Assembly: GCF_025526975.1 (NCBI RefSeq)
Contig: NW_026515678.1
Coordinates: forward strand, 744,001-801,127
Direction of reading: 5' to 3'
DNA: 57,127 nt
Source of the DNA: Fimicolochytrium jonesii
Lineage: Eukaryota
In this document: positions 11,401-25,716 of the stretch, one piece after another
Numbering within the stretch: the stretch's first letter is position 1
Layout: every line of letters begins with the position of its first letter
The notes under the pieces: model-generated
Databases searched by the model: none
What the model was told of the DNA's origin: nothing
Seen by the model: only the letters and a program-made list of their open reading frames with translations
Translations under genes and position numbers: made by a program

Positions 11401-14400
11401 GCAGTACGATACGATCGAACTTACCATAGGCATTGATGAGCAATTCCGTGTTGGAGAACCATGTGTCGATGACACTTTGCGTGATGGGTTCACCAGTCGA
11501 ACAAATTCGCGTGACTGAAGGAACTTCCTCCGGGGTGAGCAAGGATAAGACCGTAGGAGTGAGTGCGAGGGCGTTCACCGAAAGTTTGCGGATCACCGAA
11601 GCCAGATCCCTGTGCATTTCCTCGACGGGTGCGATACAGACGGTTCCACCTCGGTTGAGTGTGGAGAAAATGTCAATGACCGACACGTCGAAAGTGTAGC
11701 TTGAGAAGTTGAGCATGCGAGTAGATCGGCTGTGTTGAAATTCCCTCGACATCACTTCAGCGTATTTCCACGCATTCTCTTGCTCAATCATAACACCCTG
11801 GAATCAAGAGGTCATCAGCGCTTCAATTCGCATCTGCATTCGCGCATCGACCATTCTACCAACCTTCGGAGTGCCAGTTGATCCACTCGTGAACAAAATA
11901 TGGCTCAGGATGTCGGATCTGATTTGCTGACCTTTAAGCGGGGCGGTGGACATAGTCGAGGTAGGGTCGAGAGCATCGAGTTCGATGACGCGATGTCCAG
12001 CACTACGGAAAGCAGCAGAGTATTTTCGAGTCGTCACGACGAAGGGGGCCTTGGCAGCGCGAACGATCGTGTCATTCCTGGTAGTCCCACCGGCTGGGTC
12101 AACCGGAGCCCAGCAGCATCCAGCTTTTGAAGCCCCGAGCATCCACCAAACCGCATCGAAGCATTTATCCAAGCAGAGAACAACTGCGGTTTCCAAAGGT
12201 AATCCTTCGGATCGCAAGAAGTGCGCAACTTGATTGGCCTAAAAGGACAGTCTGTGAGTCGGTCCATTCATGTAGAAAGTATTGCAGCGCAGGGAACAAT
12301 GTACCTTTGCATTCAGCTCGGCATAAGTCAAAGTGCTTCCATCCAAATGTTCCAGCGCGATCGAGCCAGGACTTTGAAAGTACTGCTTCTCAAATAGAGT
12401 GTGCAGTGTTTCTAATCTGTTCCATGAGCTTTCGATGTTCTCTGAGCTGAGCAAAACCAACTCCTCCTCGTTGTTCACCATGCGCAGATATCCAACCGAG
12501 GTGGACGGCAAACTGGCAACGGACCGTAGGAGTTCATTGAAGTGACCGAACAAGGCATTGATGTAGGGAGAATCGTAAAGCTCAGTGTTGTAGGAAATCG
12601 AGATCTTGACTTCGTTCTCGACCCGCGATTCCACGAGGTAAACGGTTACATCATAGTGCCCGCTTTCTTGGGTACCGATGCTGATATCTTCCGCGCCGGC
12701 GAAAATGTCGCTACCATCGGCGATGTATTTGTCATTAGTCACATGGGAGAACATCACCGGGAACGCCGACAACAGTTGACGAGCTTCTTTTCCGGCGATG
12801 CTGTTCACAATGCGCTCAAAGGGCACATCAGTTTGAGCCATCTGTTCCATCACCACACGGGCGTTCCGCTGCAAGTAGTCGGTGAACGCTTGATTCGCAT
12901 CCATCCTAGCGCAGATCGCAGCGGTGTTCAAGAAGCAGCCCAGAGTGTCTGTGTAAGCTGACGCCGTGCTGCGATTCGTGAGCGGGGTTAGAATGGCGAA
13001 ATCCGCCGATTCGGTGTATCGGAACACAAGAACTTGAAGGAGAGAAAGCCATCCGACAAACGGCGTTGCGCCTTGAAGTTTACACAGTTTGAGGAACTCG
13101 TCCACTGCTGCGGGATCCAACAGGAATTCTTCCTTGCGGCTGACTGATTTCTTCTCCGTACCGCCGCTTGTCCAAGTAGGGAACCGAGCGGGCACAGTGT
13201 TCGCGAGGGTCGTGCTCCAGAATTGCAGTTGTTCCTGTTCAACTTCAGCGACATGATGCCTCTGCCACACCGTGAAATCGACGTACTCTAGCGACGGCGG
13301 GGAGATCTGGATGGAATCATTCTGCATGATCTTTCCGTAGGTGCTAGACAGTTCGTTGAGAAGAAGTACGCAAGTCCACTCGTCAAAGAGAATATGATGA
13401 ACATTGAGGTAGACGCAATAGTCATTCGTGCCCAATTGGAAAACCTTGAATCGAACAGCAGGTGTGTCGCTCAGATCGAACAACTCAGCGTTGTCCTTTG
13501 CACAAAGCTTCTGGATCGTTGATATGGGATCATGGGAGGAAGTCAAGTCGATGGACTCGAAGCCGTACGTCATCGTAGAATGAACGACCTGTGTGAGGTT
13601 ATCACCATCGAAATCGAAGGTTGTTCGGAAAAGGGCGTGTCGTTCGCAAACCAAGCACATTGCTTTTATAAGTTTTGCGGGATCCAGCGCGCGCCGGATG
13701 CGCATCAGCTCAGGAACATGGTACGTGCTGTCTTTCCGGGTTTCCTGTGCAAGCCACATCCGTTCCTGCGCGAAGGACGCAGGGAACACACCGCCTCCTT
13801 GGGGTTTCAGTACAGATTGCCTCTGAACCAAGGAGGCGGCACACGACAAGGGTGGGGTGGCTTTGTTGAGGCCTTGCAGCTCGTCGATGTAAGCCCCAAG
13901 TTGCCGGATGTTCCCATGGAAATCCAAAATGGTGACTTTCAGGTCGTTGGCGTGGAACGTACTTCGGAGCAGTCCCACCAATCTGATCATGGAAATCGAG
14001 TTCATGCCGATGGTCCGCCACGGATCGTCGATTCCAAAGTTTCCATTACCGACAAGATTCTTTACGAGAGAGAAGATTGCAGCCTCGGTGGCCGTGGTCG
14101 GTTCCGCCATCTGAGTTTTTGCGGCCTTGGTGCGCTGCACGCACACTTTTTTGAGAGACGTTTTGTCAATCTTCCCGTTCTTGTTCAATGGCATGCGTGT
14201 CATCGGCACCAGGACCGACGGGACCATATAGTGAGGTAGGGCAGCTCTGGCGAGTTGAAGCAAAGTGGATTCCACACCTTGCACAATGCTGTCAGGTTCC
14301 AAGAACTTGGATTCCTGGTGCTTCTCTCGGAACTGATGAAGATCGTAGAAGCATACAAGACTCTTGTCCTTTTCGCCTGCGAGGGTCATCACCACCGCAG

Positions 14401-17400
14401 CAAGATGTGTTACTTCCTCACAGCGCAGGAGAACATTTTCGATCTCGCCCAATTCGATACGCAGGCCATTGAGCTTCACTTGATCGTCCGAGCGTCCCAT
14501 GATAATCAATTGACCGTCGTGCCAGAAGCGACCGAGGTCACCGCTGCGGTATATGCGGCCGAACTGCGGGTGGTCGACCCATGCCTTTGCTGTAAGGTCT
14601 GGACGGCCAAGGTAGCCACGGCCCAGTTGTGGACCCGCAAGGCAAATCTCACCGACGCATCCAATGGGAACGGGCTGCAGGTCATCGTCAAGGAGATATT
14701 GAATCACCTCCCTGAAAGGATATCCGATCAAGTGAATGTTCGTTTCATCAGCATAGTGCCGGTGAGAGTGGGTCAAGCAGCATGTTTCCGTAGGGCCTAG
14801 GGTGACACAAAATCAGCATGGGCTTTGATGCAGCAAGTCCCTAAATCAATAAGCTCACCGCAAGCGTTGCCCAGGTGTATGCGATCACCCCAGCGCTTCA
14901 CAAGGTCTGCTTTCATTGGCTCTCCACCAATATCCATTGCCCGCATGCTAGGAATGCGATCTGGGTCAAGCAACTCCAGGACAGATGGTGTGGTGGCCAG
15001 GAACGTCACGTTCATCTGCGCAATGACGCCGGCCAGATCCGTTTGCAAATCTTCCTTGGGAGCCATGCAAATGGTGCCACCTGAAATTTCATACCCGGAG
15101 TCAGCCACCACTTTGAAGTCACAAGAAAATCAAGAAACTCAAAACGCACCATGTCTTAATGTAGCAAAGATGTCCATGACGCTGTCGTCAAAGGTAAACG
15201 CAGCGTAGTTCAGGCGCCGGTCCCGACTGCTATGGTTGTAGCGTTCCGAAAATCCACCACTGGCCGAGACGATCGCTCTGTGTTCTATCATCGCTCCTTT
15301 GGGCTCGCCCGTCGATCCACTCGTGTAAATGATGTAGGCAAGGTTCTTTGGCGAAAGCGATGGAACCCTAACATTCTTGACGTTGACATTCTTACTCGTA
15401 AGCAGCGAATCCACTCCGATGACATTAGCTGTTAGTTTGGACTGCAGATCAAGAACTAGCTTCGTCAAGGTCAAGACGGTAGTGCTCTTCGTTTGCGTGA
15501 TAATGAAATTGATCCTATCGCTAGGAACTTCGGTGTCGAGGGGCACGTAAGCACCGCCGGCTTTGAGAACTCCCAGGACGGCCACCACCATCTCCACACA
15601 TTTGGGAAGACAGATGGGGATAACGTGCTCGGGGCCCACTCCGATGCTCCTCAAATAGTTCGCAACGAGGTTACTTCGCCGATTCAGTTCGGCGTAGGTA
15701 AGTGTCGTGCCGTTCAAGAATTCGACGGCAATTTTGTTCGGGGCTTTCTCGACTTGTTGCTCGACGAGATGATGAATGCATACATTGGTGTCGACTTCCA
15801 CAATTCGGCGGCCCCATTGATTGACCTGGAACGCTAATTCCTCCGGACTACTGAGGGCAAGTTTTCGCAAAGGAAGACTGGTCGACTTGACCAGATTTTT
15901 CAGCGTGTAATGGACGTGATCCATGATCCACTTCAATTCCCCTTCAGCGATGATTTCGATATCGAAGTCGACTTCGGCCTCCCATCCCTGAGAAGACTTC
16001 TTCACTTCCAAGCACAATGCAACGTCCATGTCCATCTCGGCTTTGAGGAGCTTCAACCCGAAAGGGGCGGTGTCCTCCGCTTCATTCCTCGCGTCTTGAA
16101 TGACGAGCATGGTAGTGAATAGAGAGCTCATGCTTGAGAGTTGAGGGGCGCATTTGAGCACCTCCGTCAAGCTGCAACTCTCAAATGCCATCATTTCGAT
16201 ATATTGTTTCTGCAAGGCGTGCAACAACGACTTGACATCCATCTCCTTGTCCAGCTTGATACGGACCGGAACGCAGGTGACGCATGGCCCGTTCATATTC
16301 TCAATGCCGTCCACCGGAGCACTGCGGCCAGAGCTGATGCAAGCAAAGGACACGTCGTAGGTGTTGGAGTGGGCGCCGAGAACCAGGGCCCAAGCGGCTC
16401 TGAAGAGAGTCGAGACCGTCACGCCAAGTTGCCTTGCATGCTGTTCGACGTCCACCTCGATAGGAACTGTGAGTTTTCCGGTGCTCTGAGGCTTGTAGCC
16501 CGGAGAAGGTAATCGCGGGAAGGTCATGCCCTGGAAATCTTCAAGTTCACGATTCCAGAAGGCGCGGGATTCGGCCTGATCCTGGGTGGAAAGATGCTGA
16601 AGGAAGTCGCGGAACGGCGGACGGCGAGTCAATGCACCGCCAGTCGAGACAAGGCGCAAGTCCTCCATTGTCATTTTCATAGACCATCCGTCATAGAGAG
16701 CATGATGAATCGTCCAGATGAATCGCAAGCTCCCTGCTGGACCGTGCACAAGTGCGAATCGTACGAACGATGAGCCTTGAATGACTCCCTTCGCCAGATC
16801 GGCACTCAGGATGCCCTCCAGCTCCTCCATGTCTGTGATATGATGATCCTGCCAGGTGGCGATGTCATCGCGCATGACGACTTGCAAGCACTGAATGTCG
16901 TTTTCAGTGATTTCAGGTAGAACGAACGTCGTCCTCAGGATCGGAGTGGCAAGAATTACCTGACGCCACGCCTGCTTGAAAGCGCTGACGTCTGGTTTGC
17001 TGGTGAACTCGTATACAGCTTGACAGAGGTAGGAGCTATCCATGTTCAAAGAAGCAGCGACCAGACTCTGCTGCATTGGGCTAGCCGGGTAAATATCTTC
17101 GATGGCCTCGAGGTTGATTCCTAACTCGGGCAGATCTTTGGAGCTGACGCGAATGAGATGAGGGAAGCTCAACATGGCGAAAGGGGCAGCCGTGACTTTC
17201 ATCCGTTCTTTCTCAACGATCGCCTGAGAAGCGGAATGTGATGCAGGGGATTCATCAGGGAAAAGCTTTGCGAGTCCGGCAATCGTTGGATTTTCCAAGG
17301 CCTAAAATCACTGAGTTAGAACCTGCGCCGAGCATACAAAACAGAGCGCCCGACCTGCACCGATTCTCGCTTTACCTGTGACGCAGAGATGGGAAACCCT

Positions 17401-20400
17401 TTCGCTCGGGCATTGTTGACAAGTTTGATGAGGGCAAGGGAATCGCCGCCCAAGGCAAACAACGAATCATTGATGCCGATATCAGACGGACTGAGACCCA
17501 GAAGAGAGCTCCACATCGCTTGCATATCCTTCTCGAATTGTGTCACAGGCTGAAGCTTCGCGCTTATTGCATCGCGAGTAAGCTCATTGTTGGCCTTTAA
17601 GTCCAGCTTGGAAAACACTACATCCAGAGCGCGGCGATCTAACTTGAAATTAGGGCCCAAGGGAATGGCTATGAAAAGAAAAGGGGTTCAGCATTGGACG
17701 TTGAATTCGACATTTTCCGATACATTTGCCAATAGGGGACTTACCATCAAGAGGAACCCAATGTTGGGGTACCATGTACGACACCAACTTCGCGCGCATA
17801 ACAGTCTCAAGGGTTTTGATCACATCCCGAAGCGAGGACGCGCCATCCCTCCGCACGATAAAGGCCACGAGAACGTGTGATCCGTTGTGCTTGACGGCAT
17901 GGGTGACCGCCGCTTCGAAGACGTTAGCCTCCATGATGACAGTATCGATCGCTTCAAGGTTGATGCGCAACCCGTTGATCTTCGTCTCATTGCCTCTGCG
18001 TCCCACGATCTTGAGGGTTCCGTCCGGCTCGTATATGGCCATGTCGCCAGTTCGGTACAGACGCCCGCCTTGCTTGTAGGGGTTTGGGAGGAAGGCACTT
18101 TTCTCGCGTGCTGTTTCGTTGATGTAACTGCGGCACACTTGGAATCCGTCGATATAGACTTCGCCGGGAACGCCGATGGGCACCATGCTGAGGTCGCCAT
18201 GCAAGAGGTAGGTGGCAACATCGCCGATGGGAAGACCCACGTTGGCGTTTTCGTCTCCTGATTCCACGACCCTCATGTGTGTATGGATGGTCGCCTCTAT
18301 GAAGTGGGTGAGTATGAGCATCCGCTAGTGTCAGGCTGTAGCACACAAAAGCCATCAACTCACCGGTCGGTCCATAAGCGTCAATCAGGCGCACACGGTG
18401 AGCCCAACGCTTTATAAGAGCTTCCGACATCATTTCTCCGGCGGTGACCAGCTGCTTCAATTCGGGAACGTTGTCGGGGTTCAAGGTCTCGGCCATGGAA
18501 GGGACCATCTCAACGTGATCGATCCGGGCCTCGTTCAAAACAGTGGAGATATCGCTCATAATGTCGTCCTCCGATGCCATGACGACCGTTCCGCCGGACG
18601 TCAAAGGAAGGAAGATGTCGGCCACAGAGAGGTCAAAATTGATTGGCGAAACGTTGAGAACACGGCTCCTGTGACCAATATTCCACAATCCATGTGCCCG
18701 CAGAGAATTGACGACATTGACATGCTCCAGGAGCACCCCTTTGGGTTTCCCGGTGCTCCCCGAAGTAAATAAAATGTACGCCAAGTTTCGATCCGACAGG
18801 TTGCGGACCGCAGGACCCTTTGCTGACGGGTACACCATCAGATCAGCTTCCAGGGCGTCGATGAGTACACATGGAACGGCGCTCTGGGCGGTCGCTCCTG
18901 AAAAGTGCGATGCGAGGTTCCTTGTAGTCACCACCCATTTAGCTTGAGAAGTTGCGATGACTGCCTGATTGCGTTCTACCGACGACGTCTTGTCGCTGAG
19001 AGGCAAATATGCGCCTCCGGCAATTAAGATCGCCAGCGCGGCAACCAGCATGTCGAGGGAGCGGGGTATGCATATGCCGACGGCCATTTCAGGACGGACG
19101 CCGAGTGAATGTAAATGATGAGCCAATCGATTCGCCCGCGCCATCAATTGACCGTACGTGAGCTTGTCTCCACGGAAGAACTCGGCCGCGATCTTGTCCG
19201 GGCGGAGGGACGCTTGTCGTTGAACCAGTTCGTGAAGTAAGACGCCACGGGTGGGCGGGTGGCGACCCTGGGCAAAAGAGTGCAGAATTTTGAGCTCGTG
19301 GGTGCTCATCGCGGGAATGGTCTCTACAGTCCGGTGTGGATGCTGGATCATGTAAGCCATCGCTTCAGCGACGTGCCGGGAGAGGAGGTCGATTTCAAAA
19401 TGAGAAATGATGGATTCATCGAAGCGGAAGGTCATCTCCATGCTGTTGGAGGTGAGCGACACTTCGACTCCAAACGGAAGGTCCTCTCGCATAGCGATGG
19501 TCTCCAACGCAATGTTGATGCCAGGACCATCATGGTGATCTTTCGAGTGGTTTCCGACATTCTACAGAAAGGGAAATGGTCATTTACATAACTAGCAGAG
19601 GCCTATACCGCAGATGAACGAACCTGTAACGCAATCATGAAGTCAAACAACTTGTCCATCTTTGCCGCTGAACTGACAACGGACTTCGGGGTCGATTCGT
19701 ACTCCATCATGGTCGAGTTGTTGTTGCCCAAAATCCGCAAGTGATCCAAAATAGTAGTGCCATCGACGATCTTGGTCCTGAACGGTAAGACGTTGAGGCA
19801 CGGCCCGCAGATGCGCTCGATGCCGTCCAGAGGCGCTGTACGTCCAGAGAACACGGCTCCAAAGACAATGTCCTTGGATTCGACCCGTGCGCTGACGGCC
19901 GAGCCAAAGGCTGCGTAGACCAACGCTGACGCGAGGATGCCATGTTTGGAAGTGAAGACCCCCAATTCGAGGGACACCTTGTTTTCAGACACGCTGGTAT
20001 TGTGAGAGGCGAGTTTACCTGATCCCGATGATCTGAGTGATCAGAGATTGTAGTGTCAGTACCGGGCGCATCTTGCACAATATTTTTTCAATGTACACAG
20101 CTAGATGCAAACCTTGGGTAGTTGGTGCGTTCCATGCCCCCCAGATAGTCATCCCAAAAGGCCTGCGAAAGCGACCAATCCGCATCCATCGTGAACCTCG
20201 TAAAGTGCGCAAACGAAGTGTAAGGCTCGATTGCGCGGCCATTGTATCGCTGGCGAAGATCCTCCACTATCATCTCCAACGACCACTGATCCATGATAGC
20301 GTGCTGCATCGACACCATCAGCGACGTCTGCTGCCCAGGTTTCTCGATGAGAGCTGCGCGGACGAAAGGCTCGCCCGGTCGAAATCCCCGTGCCATGTCC

Positions 20401-23400
20401 GAGTCCAGGTATTCTTCGACCACCGTGTCAAAGTCTTGGCGTGCATCGCAACGGATGCGTTTGCACTCCGACCGATCCGTGTGCAACACGATCTGAAGGA
20501 GATCGGTCCCGCGGACCGTCTCCGTTGTGTAGCAAAAGGTGCTGCGAAGCATGTCGTTGGCTTCGATGAGATCCCTCCACGCCCTTTCGAGGCGGGCTGG
20601 GTCAACATCCCCGGAGATTTTGAGCGCGCTTTGCCATGCGTAGTGAGTAGGTTCGAGTACACTTGCACCAATCAGAGCAGTTTGCATTGGGGTGCTCGGC
20701 ACTGCATCCTGTGCACAGTAGAAGAAAGATGGGGACGATGGTCTATGTAGCGCATGTCATCAGATTGATATGTCGAACCCGACGTACCTTGATCTCATCC
20801 ACCCGGACACTGCAGGCCGCAGCGCACTCCTCAAGGATCTTTGGTCGTGCGCCTGGCGCCATACACAACAAGTCGAACGGAGCGATGACCGTCTCATCAT
20901 CGTAACCGCTATCGAAAGTTCCGCTCCTAGACAGCGTCGGAGATGCCAGGGGTTCGGTCTTCACCTCGGGTGTCGACACCACCGAAAGCGGAACCTGTTG
21001 TACTGCCACCGAGATGGTTCTGAAGGGTTGGCCACATGTGTTGCTGGAAGCAGCATCGACCAGCATGTTCCCGTATTTCACCCACTTCTGAGCAAAAGCA
21101 TCGACGGTGGCCTCGGTAAAGTCTTCCGAGCTGTACAAGAAGCGAGTCTCCAAGGTTCCTGCATGCTGGATGGTCTCGATGCTGAATCGATAGCGGAGCA
21201 TCTCTGTTTCATCGTAATCGTCCTCTCCGTTGGGGTACTCCTCGTGCGCCAGATCGAACAGCCCATCCTTATCTTCAAGCTGATTGAACGTTCCATAATA
21301 GTTGTAGATGATCTCGGACGTCGGGTGTGACGCCACGAAGGCTTTCGACGATGGCTTGTCGGAGAGGTATCGCAGGACGCCGTAGGGCAAGCCTTTGAGA
21401 GGAAGGTCTCTGATTGTCCGCGCCACCTCTTTCACGTACGAGCTGTAGCCCTCCTGGTGGGTGGGCGAGCTCGCTGGGAAGCTGACTGGGAACGTGGTGG
21501 TGAACCATCCCAAAGTTCGCGAAACATCCAAATCCTCGTCCCACGCTTCGCGCCCGTGGCCTTCGAGATCGACGGAGAACGAGTTGCGGCCGAACTGCTC
21601 TCCATACGCCAGAGCAAGCGCTGCGACCAGGAGTTCCAAGGTGCTGCAATTGTAGAAGGGGAGGGCATGCGCGAACAATCGTTCCACCGTCGCGGTGGAC
21701 AATTGGACCGTGTGTCGACGCATGGTGTTCGCCCGGTACAGTTGGCCCGGACAACTTTTGCCAGGAAAGTCCGTCCGGATCAATGGTTGGGCAGGGATCG
21801 TGTTCCGCCACAGCGACACCAGATCGTTCGATCGACTGTATTCGACCTGTTTACGAGCCCATGTTTGGAACGACGTGGTCTTGGCAGGTAAAGCTTCGAC
21901 GCCCGTGTACACGGTCTGGAAGTCTTCGAGCAAGATTCGCCATGACACGAGATCCATGACCAGGTGGTGGATGGTGATCGCAAGTCGCTGTGTGCCATCG
22001 TCCATTTCAAACAGGCCCGCGGCGACCGTTGGCCCAGCGCTCAGATCCAACGACCGCTGAAGAACATTCAGCTTGTCCAGCATTTCGGTCTTGTCGGACG
22101 CGGTGAGATGCGCGGTGATGACGGATGGGTGTCCGTCGGCGGTCAAGATGCGCTGTTCAACCGCGCGACCGCCCGATGGCGATAGCGTGAAGCGTGCTCG
22201 GAGCATGTCGTGATGGGCGACGAGTGCGTTCATCGTTTTCGTGACCTTCGACACGATGAGGCGTTGGTTGGGGATGAGAAGGAACGTTTGATTGTAGTGA
22301 TTTGGATTCATCGCTTTCCATTCCAAGAACCAATGCTGGATCGGCGTGAGCTCAACAGGTCCGCTAACGATATCGCTCTCCTGTAGCGCCGGCTGTGCAA
22401 GTGGGGTTGCTGACGCCGTTCCCTGAGTTGGCGTGGACTTTGACGTCGACGTGCGGGCATTGGTTTTGGCCGCCAGGTTTTTCAAAACAGGGTTGTTGAA
22501 AACGACGGTGGGGGACAACCGGATTCCATGCATTTTCCGCAACCGTGAGGAGACCAGAATCGCGGAGATCGAATCTCCGCCGATAGCAAGGAATGACGTG
22601 TCAGGCGTGATCGACTCGACGGGGACCTTCAGCACCGCTGCCCAAATGGAAGCGATGGTGGATTCCGCTTGAGCACCGTTGACGGCAGTGGGGAGCGATG
22701 TAGGCTGGGGAGCGGGCGTGGTGTGGACTGTTGCGGGGCGAGAGCTGGTGGTAGGTTCGGGACGGTGGCTCATCGCAGGCTTGGGCGTCGGGCCGACGGG
22801 TGCAGTATTGAGCGTGGTCAACGCAGGTGCGGGCGGCGAAGAGTTGGTGACAACTATCGTCGTGGATTGCACAGCTTTTGCGCTTGGGACCGCTCCTGGG
22901 CTCGCCAACAATTCAGACAACTTCCGTCGATCCGCTTTTCGGTTCACTGTCATGGGCAAAGCTTCCAAGGCCATGATTTTGGTGGGCACCATGTAGTATG
23001 GCAACAGCTAGATTAATATAGCATTCCCGTATCAGCGAAGTAACAAATGGTATGTTAAGTAAACATGTTCAGCTCTCCGCCTTTACCTTCTTCATCCCGT
23101 CGCAAAGTTCCTCCACATCCAAATGACCAGGGGTCACGAATCCCACCAGCTGCTTAGCCTCATACAAGACAACGACATTGACGACACCGGGCAAACCGCC
23201 CAGGACTGTCTCGATCTCCCCCAACTCGACCCGGAACCCGTTGAGCTTGATCTGATGGTCGGCCCGTCCGACGACCTCCAATTCGCCGTCGTGGGTGAAC
23301 CGACCGACATCGCCCGTGTTGTACATGCGGCTCCCGTCCTTTGCAAAAGGGTCCAGGCGGAACTTTTGGCTGGTCAGGTCCGGAAGGTTGCGGTAACCGT

Positions 23401-25716
23401 TGCCGACGCCGATGCCACCGATCCAGACGAGACCCGGAACTATGGCGGGCGAAGGCGATGCAGCGATAAAGGGGTGGAAAGTAGGACGAGGGGGGCTCAG
23501 ATATACATATCCGTCATCGGAGCATAGGTGTGACATATTTCAACTAACCTCCCAGTGGAACAGGCCGCAAGTGGTCATCCAAGATATAGCAGGTGTCTCC
23601 AGGAATGACGCGCCCGACGGTGATGCGCTCACCGGGGCGATTGACACCCATATGCGTAGCGTGCGTCTCTGCCGGTCCATACCCGTTCAACATCAGCACG
23701 CGATCCCCCCACCGGCTTACCAGCCCCGCGTTGGACGCCTCTCCCGACGTGATAATCTTGGTGATGTTGGGGTACTGATCCGGGTCGACGACGGACAAAG
23801 CCGAGGGGGTGATGAGGAGGGTGTTGATGCGATGTAAGGCTTCTTCCCAGTCCTCGCCCAGGTCGTCGGGTCGCACGACGAGGGTTCCGCCGCGACAGTG
23901 CGTGGCCAGGATCTCCCAACCGAGGTTGTCGAAGCCGATGGAACTCATTTGCATCTGACGCGTGGCGGGACCGTTGCCGAACCCGCCGTCGGTGTGGAGG
24001 ACCAGGTGGTACATAACCCGGTGTGGGATCTCGACACCCTACGGGGAGTTCCGAGACGTAGCAAGGGTGTCAGAAGAAATCGGGCCAATGAGATGACGAT
24101 TTTTGTTTTTCCATACCTTCGGTTTTCCGGTCGTTCCGGACGTGTACACGACATACAACAGATCCGCACTTGTGTTTCGCATGATCGGGTTCTCGGACGG
24201 CGCGAGGTTGTTACCCTCGTGGGTAAAGTCACGCACTTTCAAGATGGGGATGGATCTCATCTCCGGGGGAATGGCGGCGGCGATCCTGGCGTCGTCGACG
24301 AGCGTCGTCACCAGAGCGACGCAATCGGCGTCCCGCATCATGTATTGGAGCCGATCGCCCGGGAAACTCGAGTCCATGGGCACATATGCCGCCGACGACT
24401 ACAAGAAAAAGGAGTGGCAATAGAGTTGAAACATGCAAAGCTGAAAGCTCTCCCAATCCCCACTCCCCTCGCGAAACATACCTTGACGATACCCCAAAAA
24501 GCAACGACCAGCTCGACGCCCCTGTCGACCAGCATTCCGACCGACTGACCGGGGCCGACACCCAGCTGACGAAGCGCGTGGGCGATGCGGTTGGCGTGGG
24601 CATTGAGCTCTCCGTAAGTGATAGCTGTGTCATAGTGTTCCGCAGCGACTTTGTCGAAAAACTGCTCGGCCTAGAAAAAACGGTGTGAGAAAAACCATCC
24701 CCGTTCAGGGAAACCCAAAAATGGGCAAAAGGAAACGCGTGAGACGCGCGCGCCGCCGCAGCTCCAGCTCAACTCACCTTCTTCTCGAACGGGATCTGCA
24801 CACACCACCTGCCGCGCGGCAGCAGCTCGTTTTCAAAGACCTCTGGTTCATTGTCATTGAAGTCGCGCAAAATCATGCGACTCTCCTGTCGGGTGAGGAT
24901 ATTGACGTTGGCGACAACGGGGTCGCTTCCATCCGTTGGAAGCATTCCTGTCAAAGCCTGCAAAAGGTGTCCAGCGAGCGCCTTCATGGAAACGTCGTCG
25001 TATACAGCGGGAGAATAAATTATTTCGGCGGGAATAACCGGCAGGGCAGCGGCGGCGGCGGGTGTGGCGGCGACCGCGGGTTTTCCGAAGCGAACGATGA
25101 TGGAAAGGCCAGCGTTGTCCAGGTGAGTGGCAACGGCGTCGCGGGAGGTCCAAAAGCCTACGGCGACGCGGAAGAGAGCGTCGGAGGCGCTGATGCCGGC
25201 GGCGGCTCGGATGTCCTCTAGAGACGCGCTGGAGGCCTTGCTGGCGGCCATAGCGTCGTCAAGGGCGCGGAAGAGGGTGCTGACGCGGCCCGCGGGTGTT
25301 TCCATCAACTGGATGCGGACGGGACGCGGAGCAAAGGGTTGCGCGGCGGCGGTGGTGGCGCTAATAGTGTTTGCAATGATGTCGGCGCCGAAAACCACGT
25401 CGGGGGCGTTCAGGTAGCGGGATTGAACGATGGCCCAGGCGGAATAGACTACGGCCTCCAGGGTGCAATTGTGCTGATTTGCGAAATGGACGGCGCGCAT
25501 CGCAAGCTCCGCCGGCATCTCGAAGGGGACTGAAGCAGCAGCAGCAGCGGCAGCGGCAGCTTCGGTCTGGCCGTGGGCTGCAGGAGCAGGAGCAGGGGCG
25601 GGTAAAGGCAGGGCCGCTGGGGCAGGCATGCCATCGAAGTTGCGAAGGTAGGCATCGGATTGAGGCGCCACTTCTTCGCGGTTCACGTCCAAGAACGATT
25701 TCCAATAGGACAACAT
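5439..25716 (-). CDS. Five-module non-ribosomal peptide synthetase: half-C-A1-T-E-C-A2-T-C-A3-T-C-A4-T-T-T-C-A5-T-FSH1-type serine hydrolase; about 20 introns
   Basis: Five A3 motifs (YVVYTSGTTGKPK, YILFTSGSTGKPKG, YIIYTSGSTGEPKG, HILFTSGSTGTPK, YCIFT/SGTTGTPKG). T motifs GGDSI, GGDSL, GMNSI, GFDSY, GLESY x2, GGNSM. C motifs QHAIMD, HHALYD, HHILFD, HHIAVD. E motifs HHLVMD.VSW, EGHGRE, SRTLGWFTT. The GT-AG introns I checked join the ORFs in frame (24777-24671, 20787-20709, 17375-17302, 14858-14797, 6125-6062). Confidence 0.9.

Noticed and set aside
5439..25716. Several separate NRPS genes, a pseudogene, or a ferrichrome-type siderophore synthetase
   Set aside because: The ORF breaks I checked are bridged in frame by GT-AG introns. 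There are no terminal T-C repeats and no ornithine monooxygenase or acyltransferase gene in the window.
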